This document shows positions 1 to 9,912 of a DNA stretch of 64,000 bases, in pieces (the first letter of the stretch is position 1; each line of letters starts with the position of its first letter). The notes beneath the pieces were generated by a model. That model had not been told where the DNA came from. It did no database searches and saw only the letters and a list, made by a program, of their open reading frames with translations. Both the position numbers and the translations under genes were made by a program. Source of the stretch: an uncultured candidate division Zixibacteria bacterium (GTDB lineage: Bacteria > Zixibacteria > MSB-5A5 > GN15 > PGXB01); NCBI GenBank assembly GCA_963702205.1, contig OY969724.1:2432001-2496000 (forward strand). Reading direction: 5' to 3'.

Positions 1-1395
1 CTTCAGAAGAAGAAAAATGAAAAGATCGCGGTCTACGATTTGGGCGGCGGGACGTTCGATATCTCGATTCTTGAATTGGGTGATGGTGTGTTTGAGGTGC
101 GTTCGACCAACGGCGACGGGCATCTCGGCGGCGATGATTTTGACCAGAAAATAATCAACTGGATGGCCGATGAGTTCAGGAAGACGAACAGCATAGATTT
201 GCGTCAGGATCGGATGGCGTTACAGCGGCTCAAAGAAGCGGCCGAAAAAGCCAAGTGCGAACTTTCGACAACGATGCAGACCAATATAAATTTGCCGTTC
301 ATTACGGCCGATCAGTCGGGGCCGAGGCATCTTGACCTTACTCTCAGCCGGGCCAGGCTGGAGCAGTTGACCGACGATCTTCTGCAGCGGACTATCGGTC
401 CGTGCCGCCAGGCGCTTCAGGATGCGAAACTTTCGGCCAACGAAATCGACGAAGTTATTCTCGTTGGCGGGCAGACCCGTATGCCCAAAGTGCATGATAT
501 AGTCAAAGAGCTGTTCGGCAAAGAACCCAATCGCGGCGTCAACCCGGATGAGGTAGTGGCGATCGGGGCGGCCATACAGGGCGGCGTGTTGGCCGGGGAT
601 ATGAAGGACGTCGTTCTTCTCGATGTAACGCCGCTGTCGCTGGGAATTGAAACACTGGGTGGCGTTCTGACGACTCTTATTGAGCGCAATACAACTATCC
701 CGACCCGAAAAAGCCAGATATTTTCGACCGCGTCCGATAATCAACCGGCGGTAAGTATTCATGTTTTGCAGGGTGAGCGCCGGATGGCTATCGATAACCG
801 GACGCTCGGCCGTTTCGATCTGGTCGGTATTCCGCCTGCGCCGAGAGGCATTCCCCAGATTGAAGTGTCGTTCGATATCGACGCCAACGGTATCGTCCAT
901 GTTTCGGCCAAGGATCTGGGGACGGGCAAGGAGCAGTCGATCCGAATACAGTCGTCGTCGGGTTTGTCCAATGAAGAAATCGACAAGATGGTCAAAGACG
1001 CCGAATCACACGCCGAGGAGGACAAAAATAAAGAGGCTCTAATCAAGGCGCGCAACGAGGCGGATCAGCTGGTGTATACCACCGAAAAAACGCTAAAGGA
1101 ACACGGCGACAAACTCTCCGATGACGATAAGAAAACGGTCAATGAAAAGCTCGAAGCGCTGAAAGCGGTGCAGACATCCGAAGATGCCGAAACGATCAAC
1201 AAAGCCAAGGAAGAGTTGATGCAGGCGTCGCATAAGCTGGCGGAAGAAATCTACAAACATGCTCAGTCTCAACAACAGCAGGCCCCGGGCGGCGGACCGG
1301 AAGGGGCCGGTGCGACCGACCCCGGTCAGCAGGAAACCAAGGATGACGGTGCCGTCGACGCCGATTTCGAGGTCGTTGACGATAAAGATAAATAA
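1..1395 (+). CDS. dnaK: Chaperone DnaK (Hsp70), 5'-truncated by window edge
   Basis: Open frame from base 1 (…[30 protein letters not shown]-terminal DADFEVV); followed by dnaJ. Confidence 0.99.
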   Translation, partial: LQKKKNEKIAVYDLGGGTFDISILELGDGVFEVRSTNGDGHLGGDDFDQKIINWMADEFRKTNSIDLRQDRMALQRLKEAAEKAKCELSTTMQTNINLPFITADQSGPRHLDLTLSRARLEQLTDDLLQRTIGPCRQALQDAKLSANEIDEVILVGGQTRMPKVHDIVKELFGKEPNRGVNPDEVVAIGAAIQGGVLAGDMKDVVLLDVTPLSLGIETLGGVLTTLIERNTTIPTRKSQIFSTASDNQPAVSIHVLQGERRMAIDNRTLGRFDLVGIPPAPRGIPQIEVSFDIDANGIVHVSAKDLGTGKEQSIRIQSSSGLSNEEIDKMVKDAESHAEEDKNKEALIKARNEADQLVYTTEKTLKEHGDKLSDDDKKTVNEKLEALKAVQTSEDAETINKAKEELMQASHKLAEEIYKHAQSQQQQAPGGGPEGAGATDPGQQETKDDGAVDADFEVVDDKDK

Positions 1396-1439
1396 TTAGT
1401 AACAATTATATTAGAGTAATCATATAAAGTAATACATTA

Positions 1440-2603
1440 ATGCCAAAAAGAGACTATTATGAGGTACTTGGGGTGGCGCGCGGTGCCTCCGAGGATGAAA
1501 TAAAATCGGCTTATCGCAAGCTGGCGCTCAAGTTTCATCCCGACCGCAATCCGGGAGACAAGTCGGCGGAAGAGAGTTTCAAAGAGGCGACCGAGGCGTA
1601 TGAAGTTCTCAAGGATCCACAGAAGCGGCAGACCTATAACCAGTTCGGTCATCAGGGTTTGTCGGGCGGCGGATTCGGCCAGGGCGGTTTCGGATTTGGC
1701 GGCTTCGATATCAGCGACGCCCTGAGGGCTTTCATGCGCGATTTTGGCGGCGGGTTCGGCGGCGGAATTTTCGAGGACCTTTTCGGCGGGGGTGGATCGC
1801 GGGGGGACAGGTACAACCGCGGTGAAGATTTGAAGGCGGCTGTCAATCTGACGCTTGAGGAAATTTATTCAGGGACCGAGAAGACGCTGCGTGTCAATCG
1901 CTATGAAACCTGTGGAGAGTGCAGCGGTTCCGGCCTGGCGCCGGGCGCATCGCGGCAAACCTGCCCTGATTGTCGGGGAGCGGGCCAGGTACGGACGGTA
2001 ACCCGGACGTTTCTCGGGACGGTGCAGCAGGTGCGGACCTGCCCGCGCTGTCGCGGAACGGGGGAGACGATAAGCACGCCGTGTCCGACCTGTGGCGGCG
2101 AAGGTCGCGTCAAAAACGTTGGGAAAGTAAAGGTCAAAGTGCCCAAAGGGGTATCATCGGGTAATTATATGTCGCTGTCCGAACAGGGAAACGTCGGTCG
2201 CCATAACGGGCAAAAAGGCGACTTAGTCGTCATCTTCAGAGAGAAAGAGCACGATATATTTACCCGTCAGGGTGACAACGTTATTTGCGAGGTTCCGATT
2301 TCGTTTACGAAAGCGGCGCTGGGCGGGAATATAAATGTGCCGTCGCTCAACGGTGACCTCGATCTCAAGGTTCCTCCGGGCACGCAGACGGGCAAGGTCT
2401 TCCGTATGCGGGGTAAAGGACTGCCGCGCCTCAACGTCCATGGGAGCGGCGATCAACTGGTGCAGGTTACGGTCTGGACGCCGACGAAGCTTTCGTCGGA
2501 CGACCGCAAAATTCTCGAAACGCTGGATTCCTCGGAATCATTTGCACCGCCCGAGCCGAACCGCTCCTTTTTTCATAAACTAAGGGAATCATTGGGATTC
2601 TAA
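1440..2603 (+). CDS. dnaJ: Chaperone DnaJ
   Basis: J-domain HPD, G/F-rich region, four CxxCxGxG repeats. Confidence 0.99.
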   Translation: MPKRDYYEVLGVARGASEDEIKSAYRKLALKFHPDRNPGDKSAEESFKEATEAYEVLKDPQKRQTYNQFGHQGLSGGGFGQGGFGFGGFDISDALRAFMRDFGGGFGGGIFEDLFGGGGSRGDRYNRGEDLKAAVNLTLEEIYSGTEKTLRVNRYETCGECSGSGLAPGASRQTCPDCRGAGQVRTVTRTFLGTVQQVRTCPRCRGTGETISTPCPTCGGEGRVKNVGKVKVKVPKGVSSGNYMSLSEQGNVGRHNGQKGDLVVIFREKEHDIFTRQGDNVICEVPISFTKAALGGNINVPSLNGDLDLKVPPGTQTGKVFRMRGKGLPRLNVHGSGDQLVQVTVWTPTKLSSDDRKILETLDSSESFAPPEPNRSFFHKLRESLGF

Positions 2604-2604
2604 G

Positions 2605-3489
2605 ATGGATGAATCCTCACGATTTTCGGAAAGTTATTACGAGATTCGTGTGTTTGTCCCCGAGTCGGTTCACGACGCCGTGGGCAGTTTCATAATCGAT
2701 AATTATGCACAGGGTTTGTTCCTTGACGAGACAACGCGTCCGGGGCTGATCGGGGTCGGATTTTATATGCCGTACGGGGATATTTCATCAGTAAAAGAAG
2801 ACCTATTGAACTATGCCAGGTCTATTACGCCAGATCATAAAATCGAAGACAATCATATTATTATAAGGCTGGTCGTAACCGAGGACTGGCAGGAGAAATT
2901 TCGCCAGTCAATCCGTCCGATCGCAATAGAGAATATTTATATCCGCCCGCCCTGGGAAAAAAAGAACCCGGACTTCGACGTCGATATCGTAATCGAACCG
3001 CGTATGGCGTTCGGGACGGGTCACCATGAATCGACTATAATGTGCCTTAAGGCAATCAATAAATATATCAAAGACGGGCAGGGATTTTTTGACCTTGGCT
3101 GCGGTTCGGGGATATTGTCCATCCTGGCCGCCGGGCTGGGGGCGAGTCCCGTGCTGGCGGTGGATATCGATTTGGCGGCGGTCGAAAATGCCAGAGAGAA
3201 CGCGGCTTTGAACAGATTGGAAGATAAGATAATCGTAGAGTACGGTTCTATCGAAAAGTCCGGACTAAAGGGGATGTACGATTTTATCGCCGCCAATATT
3301 ATAAAAAGCACGCTTGTTGATTTATTGCCGGACATTTATAAGGCGACGAGTGAATCAGGTATTATAATACTATCCGGTCTTCTGGCAGAAGAAGAGGAAG
3401 AATTAATGCAATTGCTGAAGTCCTATGAATACCGGAATATAGAGAGAAATTATGACGGCCAGTGGCTGTCGCTGGTGATCTTAAAATGA
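2605..3489 (+). CDS. prmA: Ribosomal protein L11 methyltransferase
   Basis: MAFGTGHHEST and DLGCGSGILS motifs; canonical position after dnaJ. Confidence 0.95.
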   Translation: MDESSRFSESYYEIRVFVPESVHDAVGSFIIDNYAQGLFLDETTRPGLIGVGFYMPYGDISSVKEDLLNYARSITPDHKIEDNHIIIRLVVTEDWQEKFRQSIRPIAIENIYIRPPWEKKNPDFDVDIVIEPRMAFGTGHHESTIMCLKAINKYIKDGQGFFDLGCGSGILSILAAGLGASPVLAVDIDLAAVENARENAALNRLEDKIIVEYGSIEKSGLKGMYDFIAANIIKSTLVDLLPDIYKATSESGIIILSGLLAEEEEELMQLLKSYEYRNIERNYDGQWLSLVILK

Positions 3490-4232
3490 GACTGCCGATT
3501 TTTTATGCGGCGCCCGAGCAGGTTGGGGATGAAAGCATTGTACTTTCCGGGCCCGAAGCTCATCACGCGCAAAATGTCATGCGGCTGAAAAAAGGTGAAC
3601 CACTGATTGTGGTCGACGGATTCGGCAATGCCTTCCGCTGTGAGATAACCCGCTACAATGCCAAAAAAACAGAATGTCATATATTCTCGCGAATCCGGAA
3701 TTTCGGGGAACCGGCGGTGAAAGTGACGCTGGCGTGCGGGCTGTCGGTCGGGACCAAGCTCGATGATATTATTCAGCGCTGCACCGAACTTGGTGTTTCG
3801 AGGCTGGTTCCTTTGCTGACCGAGAAGTCGAAGGTGCGAATCGATGACGAACGTAAGGCCGCCGCCAAAGTGGGACGCTGGCGGAAGGTAGCGATAGCGT
3901 CGATGAAACAAACCGGGCGGTCGGTCATTCCTGAGATTTGGTCGCCGGTCAGTCCGGAGAAGCTGTTTGAGGATTATGAACCACCGGGCTTGCGCATAAT
4001 ATTCGATCCTGACGCGGGGACGATAAATCTTGCCAATCTGAAGATTCCTCCGGGGACGGGACATATTCTTCTCCTGGTCGGGCCGGAATCCGGTTTTTCG
4101 CCCGACGAGGTTCGTCTGGCTCAAAAAAATGATTGCCTGGTTCTGTCTCTCGGCCAGAGGATTCTCCGCGCGGAGAACGCCGCCCCGACGGCGCTGGCGC
4201 TGATTATGCAGAGGTTGGGTGAATTTAATTAA
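3486..4232 (+). CDS. rsmE: 16S rRNA m3U1498 methyltransferase
   Basis: HHAQNVMRL, TELGV, VGPESGF, LGQRILRAENA motifs; ATG at 3486 overlaps prmA stop (ATGA). Confidence 0.95.
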   Translation: MRLPIFYAAPEQVGDESIVLSGPEAHHAQNVMRLKKGEPLIVVDGFGNAFRCEITRYNAKKTECHIFSRIRNFGEPAVKVTLACGLSVGTKLDDIIQRCTELGVSRLVPLLTEKSKVRIDDERKAAAKVGRWRKVAIASMKQTGRSVIPEIWSPVSPEKLFEDYEPPGLRIIFDPDAGTINLANLKIPPGTGHILLLVGPESGFSPDEVRLAQKNDCLVLSLGQRILRAENAAPTALALIMQRLGEFN

Positions 4233-4251
4233 ATCATGATTCTGTCGATAA
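4225..4251 (+). promoter_or_regulatory. Putative sigma28 (FliA/SigD-type) promoter for the prepilin peptidase
   Basis: TTAA-N15-GTCGATAA versus consensus TAAA-N15-GCCGATAW. Confidence 0.55.
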
Positions 4252-4258
4252 TTCCAAT

Positions 4259-5041
4259 ATGCACATGGTCTGGATTTATATATGGGTGGGGATGCTTGGC
4301 CTGGCGGTCGGATCTTTTTTAAACGTCCTGATCTATCGCCTGCCTCGTCAGATAAAAATCGGCCTGTCGAGGTCATTTTGTCCATCGTGCCGAACGCAGA
4401 TTCCATTTTATGATAACATCCCGCTGATAAGTTACCTGTTGTTGGGTGGCAGATGCCGTCGCTGTAAGGCGGCTATTTCTCCGCGCTACCCGGCGGTCGA
4501 GCTTTTAAACGGACTTATATTCGTCTTTTTCTTTTATGATTTCGGGCTGTCAGTTGAATTTTTTATCTATGCTTTTGTTTCAGCGGTTCTGCTTTCGATC
4601 ATTTTCATCGACGTCGAATTTCAGTTGATACCCGATTATTTAACCATCCCGGGTATGGTAGTCGGGCTGGCGGTTTCGCTGACTCCATCGGGGATCGGGA
4701 TTGTTTCGTCGGTCATCGGTCTGGTGGTCGGCGGGGGTGTGCTGTATTTGATCGCTCTGCTGGGCGACTGGCTTTTCAAGAAGGACAGTATGGGCGGCGG
4801 CGATATAAAGATGGCCGCAATGCTGGGGGCGTTTCTGGGCTGGCAAAAGGTCATTTTCATATTTTTCGCGGCCGCGGCGATAGGGCTGGTGGCGTCGATA
4901 ATAATCATGGCCTTTTCGAAAAAAGTCCGCGCGAGCCGGATGATTCCGTTTGGGCCGTTTCTGGCTATGGCCGGTTATGTGGCCATTTTATACGGCGACC
5001 GGCTGATTAGCCTGTATATCAATAATTTCTGGCGGATTTAG
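4259..5041 (+). CDS. pilD: Prepilin peptidase/N-methyltransferase (A24)
   Basis: GSFLNVLIYRLP, CPSC and CRRC zinc motif, MGGGDIK, IPFGPFLA. Confidence 0.95.
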   Translation: MHMVWIYIWVGMLGLAVGSFLNVLIYRLPRQIKIGLSRSFCPSCRTQIPFYDNIPLISYLLLGGRCRRCKAAISPRYPAVELLNGLIFVFFFYDFGLSVEFFIYAFVSAVLLSIIFIDVEFQLIPDYLTIPGMVVGLAVSLTPSGIGIVSSVIGLVVGGGVLYLIALLGDWLFKKDSMGGGDIKMAAMLGAFLGWQKVIFIFFAAAAIGLVASIIIMAFSKKVRASRMIPFGPFLAMAGYVAILYGDRLISLYINNFWRI

Positions 5042-5061
5042 AGCCGATTTCCGCATTCCGT

Positions 5062-5088
5062 TTAACCGCCCGCGTTTCCTGTCGATAT
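5062..5088 (+). promoter_or_regulatory. Putative sigma28-type promoter for the sensor kinase
   Basis: TTAA-N15-GTCGATAT. Confidence 0.55.
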
Positions 5089-5094
5089 TAGAAT

Positions 5095-6939
5095 ATGAAC
5101 TCACGGAAAAGAAAGACCGGCTATCGCTGGGAACTGACACTGGGTCTGGCCCTGATTATTCTGGTGCTGGTGATTTTGAATATCGCCTCGCACTACGCCA
5201 TGTTTCGGCTCAAGGATTCGCTGCTGGCGACGGCCCGCGATAATCTCTCGGAAAGCGCTTTTGCCATAGCGACGCGCATGATAGATACTGACAAAACGAA
5301 GCTTTCGCCGGAAGACAGGGACAGGATCGGCAAAGAATATTCGTTCACAGGACTCGACGTGATTCATCTGAATTACGAGCGGGCTTTGAGTCTGCGAAAG
5401 GGTGAACTTCCCGATTCAGCATTTTTTGTAATAGACCCGGATGTAAAAGCGTCCGAGTTATTGCCGCTCTTATCGCAAAACGACGTTTTCATTCACAGGG
5501 GCGGTGATCTTAACTTGCATTATCTTCATTCGGTCGAAATCGATGGTTCGACGTACATTCTGCACTTACAATCAGAAGACAGAATTCTGGCGGCGCTCGA
5601 ACGGGCCGGCCGAGTCCTTGTATTCTTCGGATTTCTCGGTGTGGCGATTATCATTTTTGTTTCATACACGTTCATCCGCAAAGCGACGCGACCGATAACG
5701 CGGCTGAGGGAACAGGCCGAAAGCACCGGGCATTATAATGCAGACAACCGGGACGAAATCGGTGAGCTGATTCGTTCATACGAGAAAATAATCGGTGATT
5801 TGAAGGACAACGAAGCCGAACTGATGCGCCTCAATGAGATGATAAAATTCCGAGCGGATCGGCTGGAGGCTCATAATGAATATATTCTCGGTTCGATTCC
5901 GAGTGGCATAATAACGCTCGATAATGATGGTTGCATTTCAAGCGCCAACCGGGCCATAGGCCGTATTCTTGGCCTCGATGCGGAGACGCTTGGGGGACAG
6001 CCTTTCGTGATGGTTCTTGAAGAATACGGCGAAATATGCAATCATATACGGGCTTTCGTTGGAGATGGGGAGCCTTTTAACAATCAGGAAATTATTCTCT
6101 CCGGACCAAATGGAGAGAGAAGGGTTCTGGCGGTTTCGGTAAACGGTTTGCGCGACGGGCAAAATAATAAAATAGGCACATCGGTTTTGATCAACGACAT
6201 GACCGAACTTGACCGCCTGCAGAAGGAAATCGAAGCCAAAAACGCAATGGCGCTGTTGGGCGAAATGTCCGGCGGGCTGGCTCATCAGTTGAGAAATTCG
6301 ATGGCGGCGATTGTCGGGCTGGGAAGATTGATTGCGAAAAAGGTCGACCCGGAGCAGCCGGCCGGGAAAAACGCCGCATTGATTCTTAGGGAATCGCTCG
6401 AAGCCGAGACCCTGGTTTCGCGGTTTCTTGATTTCGCACGTCCGCTGGAATTGAATGACGGTCCATTTGATATTGAAGATATGCTTTTGGAAGTAATAGC
6501 GATTCATAAGAATAAATATACAAATATAAACTATTGCTTTAATAATGATTCCGGTAAAGATGTCTTAAACGGGGACCGGCTGCTATTAAAACAGGCTATC
6601 AGCAATATTGTCGATAATGCCTCCCGGGCCTGCGATGGACAAGGGACGATAAATGTAAATCTTAGGGCCGCTGATAAAGCTTTTCATATTGATATTGTCG
6701 ATGACGGGCCGGGGATCCCGGACGATATCGGCGACAAGATATTCGCCCCGTTCTATTCGACCAGTCCGTCGGGGACAGGATTGGGTCTTCCGCTGGCCCG
6801 AAAAATCATCCTTCTGCATGAGGGTTATCTCGGATTCGAAAAGAATCCCAATGGCGGAACGGTTTTCAGTATCTCACTGCCGCTGTCGCGTTCGCATACA
6901 TCGCCCTTGTATTCCGACAAATCCGTTGCCTCTCTTTAA
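5095..6939 (+). CDS. Membrane sensor histidine kinase (2 TM, HAMP, PAS, HisKA, HATPase); PilS/NtrB-like
   Basis: H-box GLAHQLRNS, N-box NIVDNA, DDGPGI, GTGLGL; no response regulator adjacent. Confidence 0.93.
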   Translation: MNSRKRKTGYRWELTLGLALIILVLVILNIASHYAMFRLKDSLLATARDNLSESAFAIATRMIDTDKTKLSPEDRDRIGKEYSFTGLDVIHLNYERALSLRKGELPDSAFFVIDPDVKASELLPLLSQNDVFIHRGGDLNLHYLHSVEIDGSTYILHLQSEDRILAALERAGRVLVFFGFLGVAIIIFVSYTFIRKATRPITRLREQAESTGHYNADNRDEIGELIRSYEKIIGDLKDNEAELMRLNEMIKFRADRLEAHNEYILGSIPSGIITLDNDGCISSANRAIGRILGLDAETLGGQPFVMVLEEYGEICNHIRAFVGDGEPFNNQEIILSGPNGERRVLAVSVNGLRDGQNNKIGTSVLINDMTELDRLQKEIEAKNAMALLGEMSGGLAHQLRNSMAAIVGLGRLIAKKVDPEQPAGKNAALILRESLEAETLVSRFLDFARPLELNDGPFDIEDMLLEVIAIHKNKYTNINYCFNNDSGKDVLNGDRLLLKQAISNIVDNASRACDGQGTINVNLRAADKAFHIDIVDDGPGIPDDIGDKIFAPFYSTSPSGTGLGLPLARKIILLHEGYLGFEKNPNGGTVFSISLPLSRSHTSPLYSDKSVASL

Positions 6940-6983
6940 GCATTTTAATATATTGCCGCCTGAAAAATGGAGGATTCCTGCAA

Positions 6984-7544
6984 ATGATATCTACCAGTGA
7001 CTTCAGACGCGGCCTGCGACTTATGTATGAAGGAAGCCCGTGGTTTATAGTCGAGTTCCAGCATGTCAAGATGGGTCGCGGGCGTCCGCATGTCAAAACG
7101 AAAATGAAAAATCTACTGACCGGCAATATAGTCGAGAAGTCGTTTCTGACGACCGAGTCGTTCGATGTTCCCGACGTCGAAAACCGGGATATGCAGTTTC
7201 TGTATGAACAAAATGGCGAATTCGTTTTCATGGATTCCAGGACCTTCGACCAGATAATGGTGACGGCCGAGACGCTCGGTGATTCCCGCTGGTATCTTAT
7301 GGAGAATCACGAATATAATGTCCTGTTGTATGAAGGGCGGGCTCTCTCGCTGGATCTTCCGGCATCGGTCATTCTCGAAGTCATCGAAGCCGAACCGGCG
7401 GTTAAGGGTGATTCTGTCTCCAATATCATGAAGCCGGCCAAAGTCGAGACGGGGCTCGAAATCAAGGTGCCCCTGTTTGTCAAAGAGGGCGACAAGGTAA
7501 AAGTCGACACGCGCACCGGTGAGTATATTGAGCGAGCCAATTAG
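6984..7544 (+). CDS. efp: Translation elongation factor P (Arg at loop tip)
   Basis: EFQHVKMGRG, KPAKVETG, VPLFV, VDTRTGEYIERA. Confidence 0.97.
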   Translation: MISTSDFRRGLRLMYEGSPWFIVEFQHVKMGRGRPHVKTKMKNLLTGNIVEKSFLTTESFDVPDVENRDMQFLYEQNGEFVFMDSRTFDQIMVTAETLGDSRWYLMENHEYNVLLYEGRALSLDLPASVILEVIEAEPAVKGDSVSNIMKPAKVETGLEIKVPLFVKEGDKVKVDTRTGEYIERAN

Positions 7545-8185
7545 TATCGGTCAGGATAAAGCCGGTACTCGGTATCGACGAATCCGGCAAGGGTGATTTT
7601 TTCGGACCGCTGGTTGTGGCCGGGGTTCTGGCTGACGGCCCGGCGGCGAGAAAGCTGGCGGATATCGGCGCCCGCGATTCCAAGAAAATCAGTGACGGCA
7701 GAATCAAAGAGCTGGCGGCGTATATCAAAGGAAATATGCCTTATTCCATCGTGCTGATCGGGCCGGAGAAGTACAATCAGCTTTACTCCAGAATCCGCAA
7801 TTTGAACAAACTCCTGGCGTGGGGGCACAGCCGGGTTATCGAAAATGTCGCGGAAAAGAACAAGATTGACACGGCGATCTCGGACAAATTCAGCAAACAC
7901 GACCGTGTCGGCGAGGCTCTTATGAGTCGGGGCAAAGAAATCCATCTGATACAGGAAGTGCGGGCCGAAGCGAATCTCCCGGTAGCCGCCGCCTCGATTT
8001 TGGCGCGCGCCGCGTTCGTGGAACATATTAAGAAACTGTCGGAGCAATATGAATGCCGTCTGCCGCTGGGCGCCGGGGCGCCGGTGGATAAAGCCGCCAG
8101 AGAAATTGTCGCAAAGTTCGGCCCCGACATTCTGACCAGGATTTCCAAAGTACATTTCAAAAATTATCAGCGGGCGATTGGCTGA
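7528..8185 (+). CDS. rnhC: Ribonuclease HIII (short, catalytic domain only); apparent +1 frameshift at ~7564
   Basis: GIDESGKGDFFGPLVVAG at 7571 lies upstream of the listed ORF start; DSKK, NLNKLLAWGH, VAAASILAR, KVHFKN. Removing one G at 7564 links it to TTG 7528 with GGTGAG upstream. Confidence 0.85.
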
Positions 8186-8231
8186 GCAGGATTTTGGGAG
8201 ACGCCCGGTCTCCTGGCTTGCTTGTTCCGTA

Positions 8232-8435
8232 ATCTAATGGGTGCCTCTGCCGTCCAGCTGTTCTGTTACCCATGTCCCGGAAAGTACAAAAAAATCAGGC
8301 TCACCCACCCGTTGGGTGGGCTACAAGATTTTATCTAATGGGTGCCTCTGCCGTCCAGCTGTTCTGTTACCCATGTCCCGGAAAGTACATAAAATCAGGC
8401 TCACCCACCCGTTGGGTGGCTACAAGATTTTATCT
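8232..8435. repeat. Tandem direct repeat, 2 copies (~101 and ~99 bp), each with a GTAG-type REP-like hairpin on the - strand
   Basis: ATCTAATGGGTGCC…CTACAAGATTTT starts at 8232 and 8333; the - strand reads GTAG-CCCACCC-AAC-GGGTGGG in copy 1. Confidence 0.95.
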
Positions 8436-8461
8436 TCGGCAGGGCTCAGGATCATCGACAA

Positions 8462-8721
8462 GTCGGCTCATCCAGATTTCATCGAGACGTAAGACCTGAC
8501 GGAACGTAAGAAATGCGGCCGGGAAATGGTTCCCGACGGCGCATAATGTGTAGTTAAAACCCGGTGGGTCTGAGGACCCACCGGGCACATCGTACGAAAC
8601 CACATGCCAGCAAACGAGGGCGTCGGCCGGTCACAAAATAAGATGAAGATGTCAGGAGCGCCCTTCATTTCATTCACTTCGCAAACTCAGTGCAGGCAGG
8701 ACCTTCGGCTGGGCTCCTGAC
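8462..8721. repeat. Cluster of REP-like palindromes
   Basis: 8462-8500 resembles 43994-44032; perfect 11-bp stem CCCGGTGGGTC/GACCCACCGGG at 8560-8585; GTCAGGAGC…GCTCCTGAC at 8651-8721. Confidence 0.75.
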
Positions 8722-8796
8722 CCATAAAACTATCGGCAGTAAATGCATGTTCACAATCCATAGAAGCGTTGTCACCAAATTTGCATTGTTCGTTCG

Positions 8797-9597
8797 TTAG
8801 AACATGTAGTCGGCCAGCTGTCCGACCAGTTCACCGCCGGGATAGTTTTCCCAGACATTAAGTTCGTACTTAACCAATCCGACCGACGGTGCATACCAGT
8901 AGCGATTGGTCAGAGAACCACTGTGGCTTTCGATAAGGAGGCAGTTGTTATACGTGCTGCCGTTGGCCAGCTCCACGCTGGAGGCGGTGCTGCGTATTTT
9001 AAGAGTATTGATATTGTCGACCGGCAGAGGTGTACTGTAAGACGGATTATTTTCGTCGGCGTTACCGTCATCGTAATCCTTGGTGCCGCTGTCGCCGCCA
9101 TCATCGCCGGTTTCCAGGCCGTACTTATCATACGATCCGACAATAAGGGTATCGAGAAAGCTGTAGTCGTAGTCCCGGGCCTGCTCGTCGGTTAACCCGT
9201 CGATGCGATCCCAGGTACGTCCGGCTATGAACGGCGCTTCGATGATTTTCTCGGCCGCACTGTTGGGCGTGAAATAATAGATGGCGTCGCCGTCGGCGTA
9301 GATATATCCCTGCTCGATCAGCTGACCGGTGACGGGATCAAAGGACTGCCAGGGGAACGACCAGTGTCCACCGAGGTAGACGGGATCACCGATCGAGAGC
9401 CTCTGGAGGGCCTGGTTATCGTTGATGTTGTCGGTCAGGACGTAATCGTGGCTGGTGCCCGGCTGAATCGGGAAATACGCCAGGGCTTCCGAATCCGGCA
9501 GATAAGAATCGACCGAGGAATCAGAGCAGCCGATCACGATAGCCATCAATATAAATCCGAGAATTATAGCATAGTGATTACGCAGGCTTTGCAGCAT
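8797..9597 (-). CDS. Hypothetical lipoprotein
   Basis: Signal peptide with IVIGC lipobox, strong RBS GGGGGAGG, C-terminal YWYAPSVGLVK beta motif, Asp-rich insert. Confidence 0.85.
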   Translation of the reverse strand: MLQSLRNHYAIILGFILMAIVIGCSDSSVDSYLPDSEALAYFPIQPGTSHDYVLTDNINDNQALQRLSIGDPVYLGGHWSFPWQSFDPVTGQLIEQGYIYADGDAIYYFTPNSAAEKIIEAPFIAGRTWDRIDGLTDEQARDYDYSFLDTLIVGSYDKYGLETGDDGGDSGTKDYDDGNADENNPSYSTPLPVDNINTLKIRSTASSVELANGSTYNNCLLIESHSGSLTNRYWYAPSVGLVKYELNVWENYPGGELVGQLADYMF

Positions 9598-9675
9598 TTT
9601 ACCTCCCCCTCGCTCACGGCGAGAATCATTACTTTGTTAGAATTGTCCGTTTTCGATTCGATGCTCTAAATGGGG

Positions 9676-9720
9676 GCAATGCTCGTGCCGGGTGTTTTGA
9701 GATAGTATAAGTTATTGTTA
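9676..9720 (-). promoter_or_regulatory. Putative sigma54 promoter with IHF-like site
   Basis: - strand CGGCAC-N5-TTGC (9676-9690); TAACAATAACTTA at 9708-9720. Confidence 0.65.
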
Positions 9721-9912
9721 TGCTGGTGGATACGCCTCTAACCGAGCCGGCCTAATGAAGCAAAATCGAATAAATTATGGGACGATTCCTATGATTATTG
9801 GGTTTTTCCAATGGGTATCGAAGGTTAACGACTGACCGAAATGTGCCGAAAATTAAATATAAAGAGCTAAACATTCTCCCGCAGGGGATAAAATACAAAT
9901 CGGAGAATAATC

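Noticed and set aside
3450..4406. Long antisense ORFs (also 220-900, 38705-39706, 55177-55989, 62109-62789)
   Set aside because: Shadow frames opposite well-supported genes, with no recognisable motifs.
8232..8435. Possible CRISPR array, and small ORFs 8241-8492 / 8272-8499
   Set aside because: Only two ~100-bp units with identical interiors, no unique spacers and no cas genes; the ORFs merely read through the repeat.
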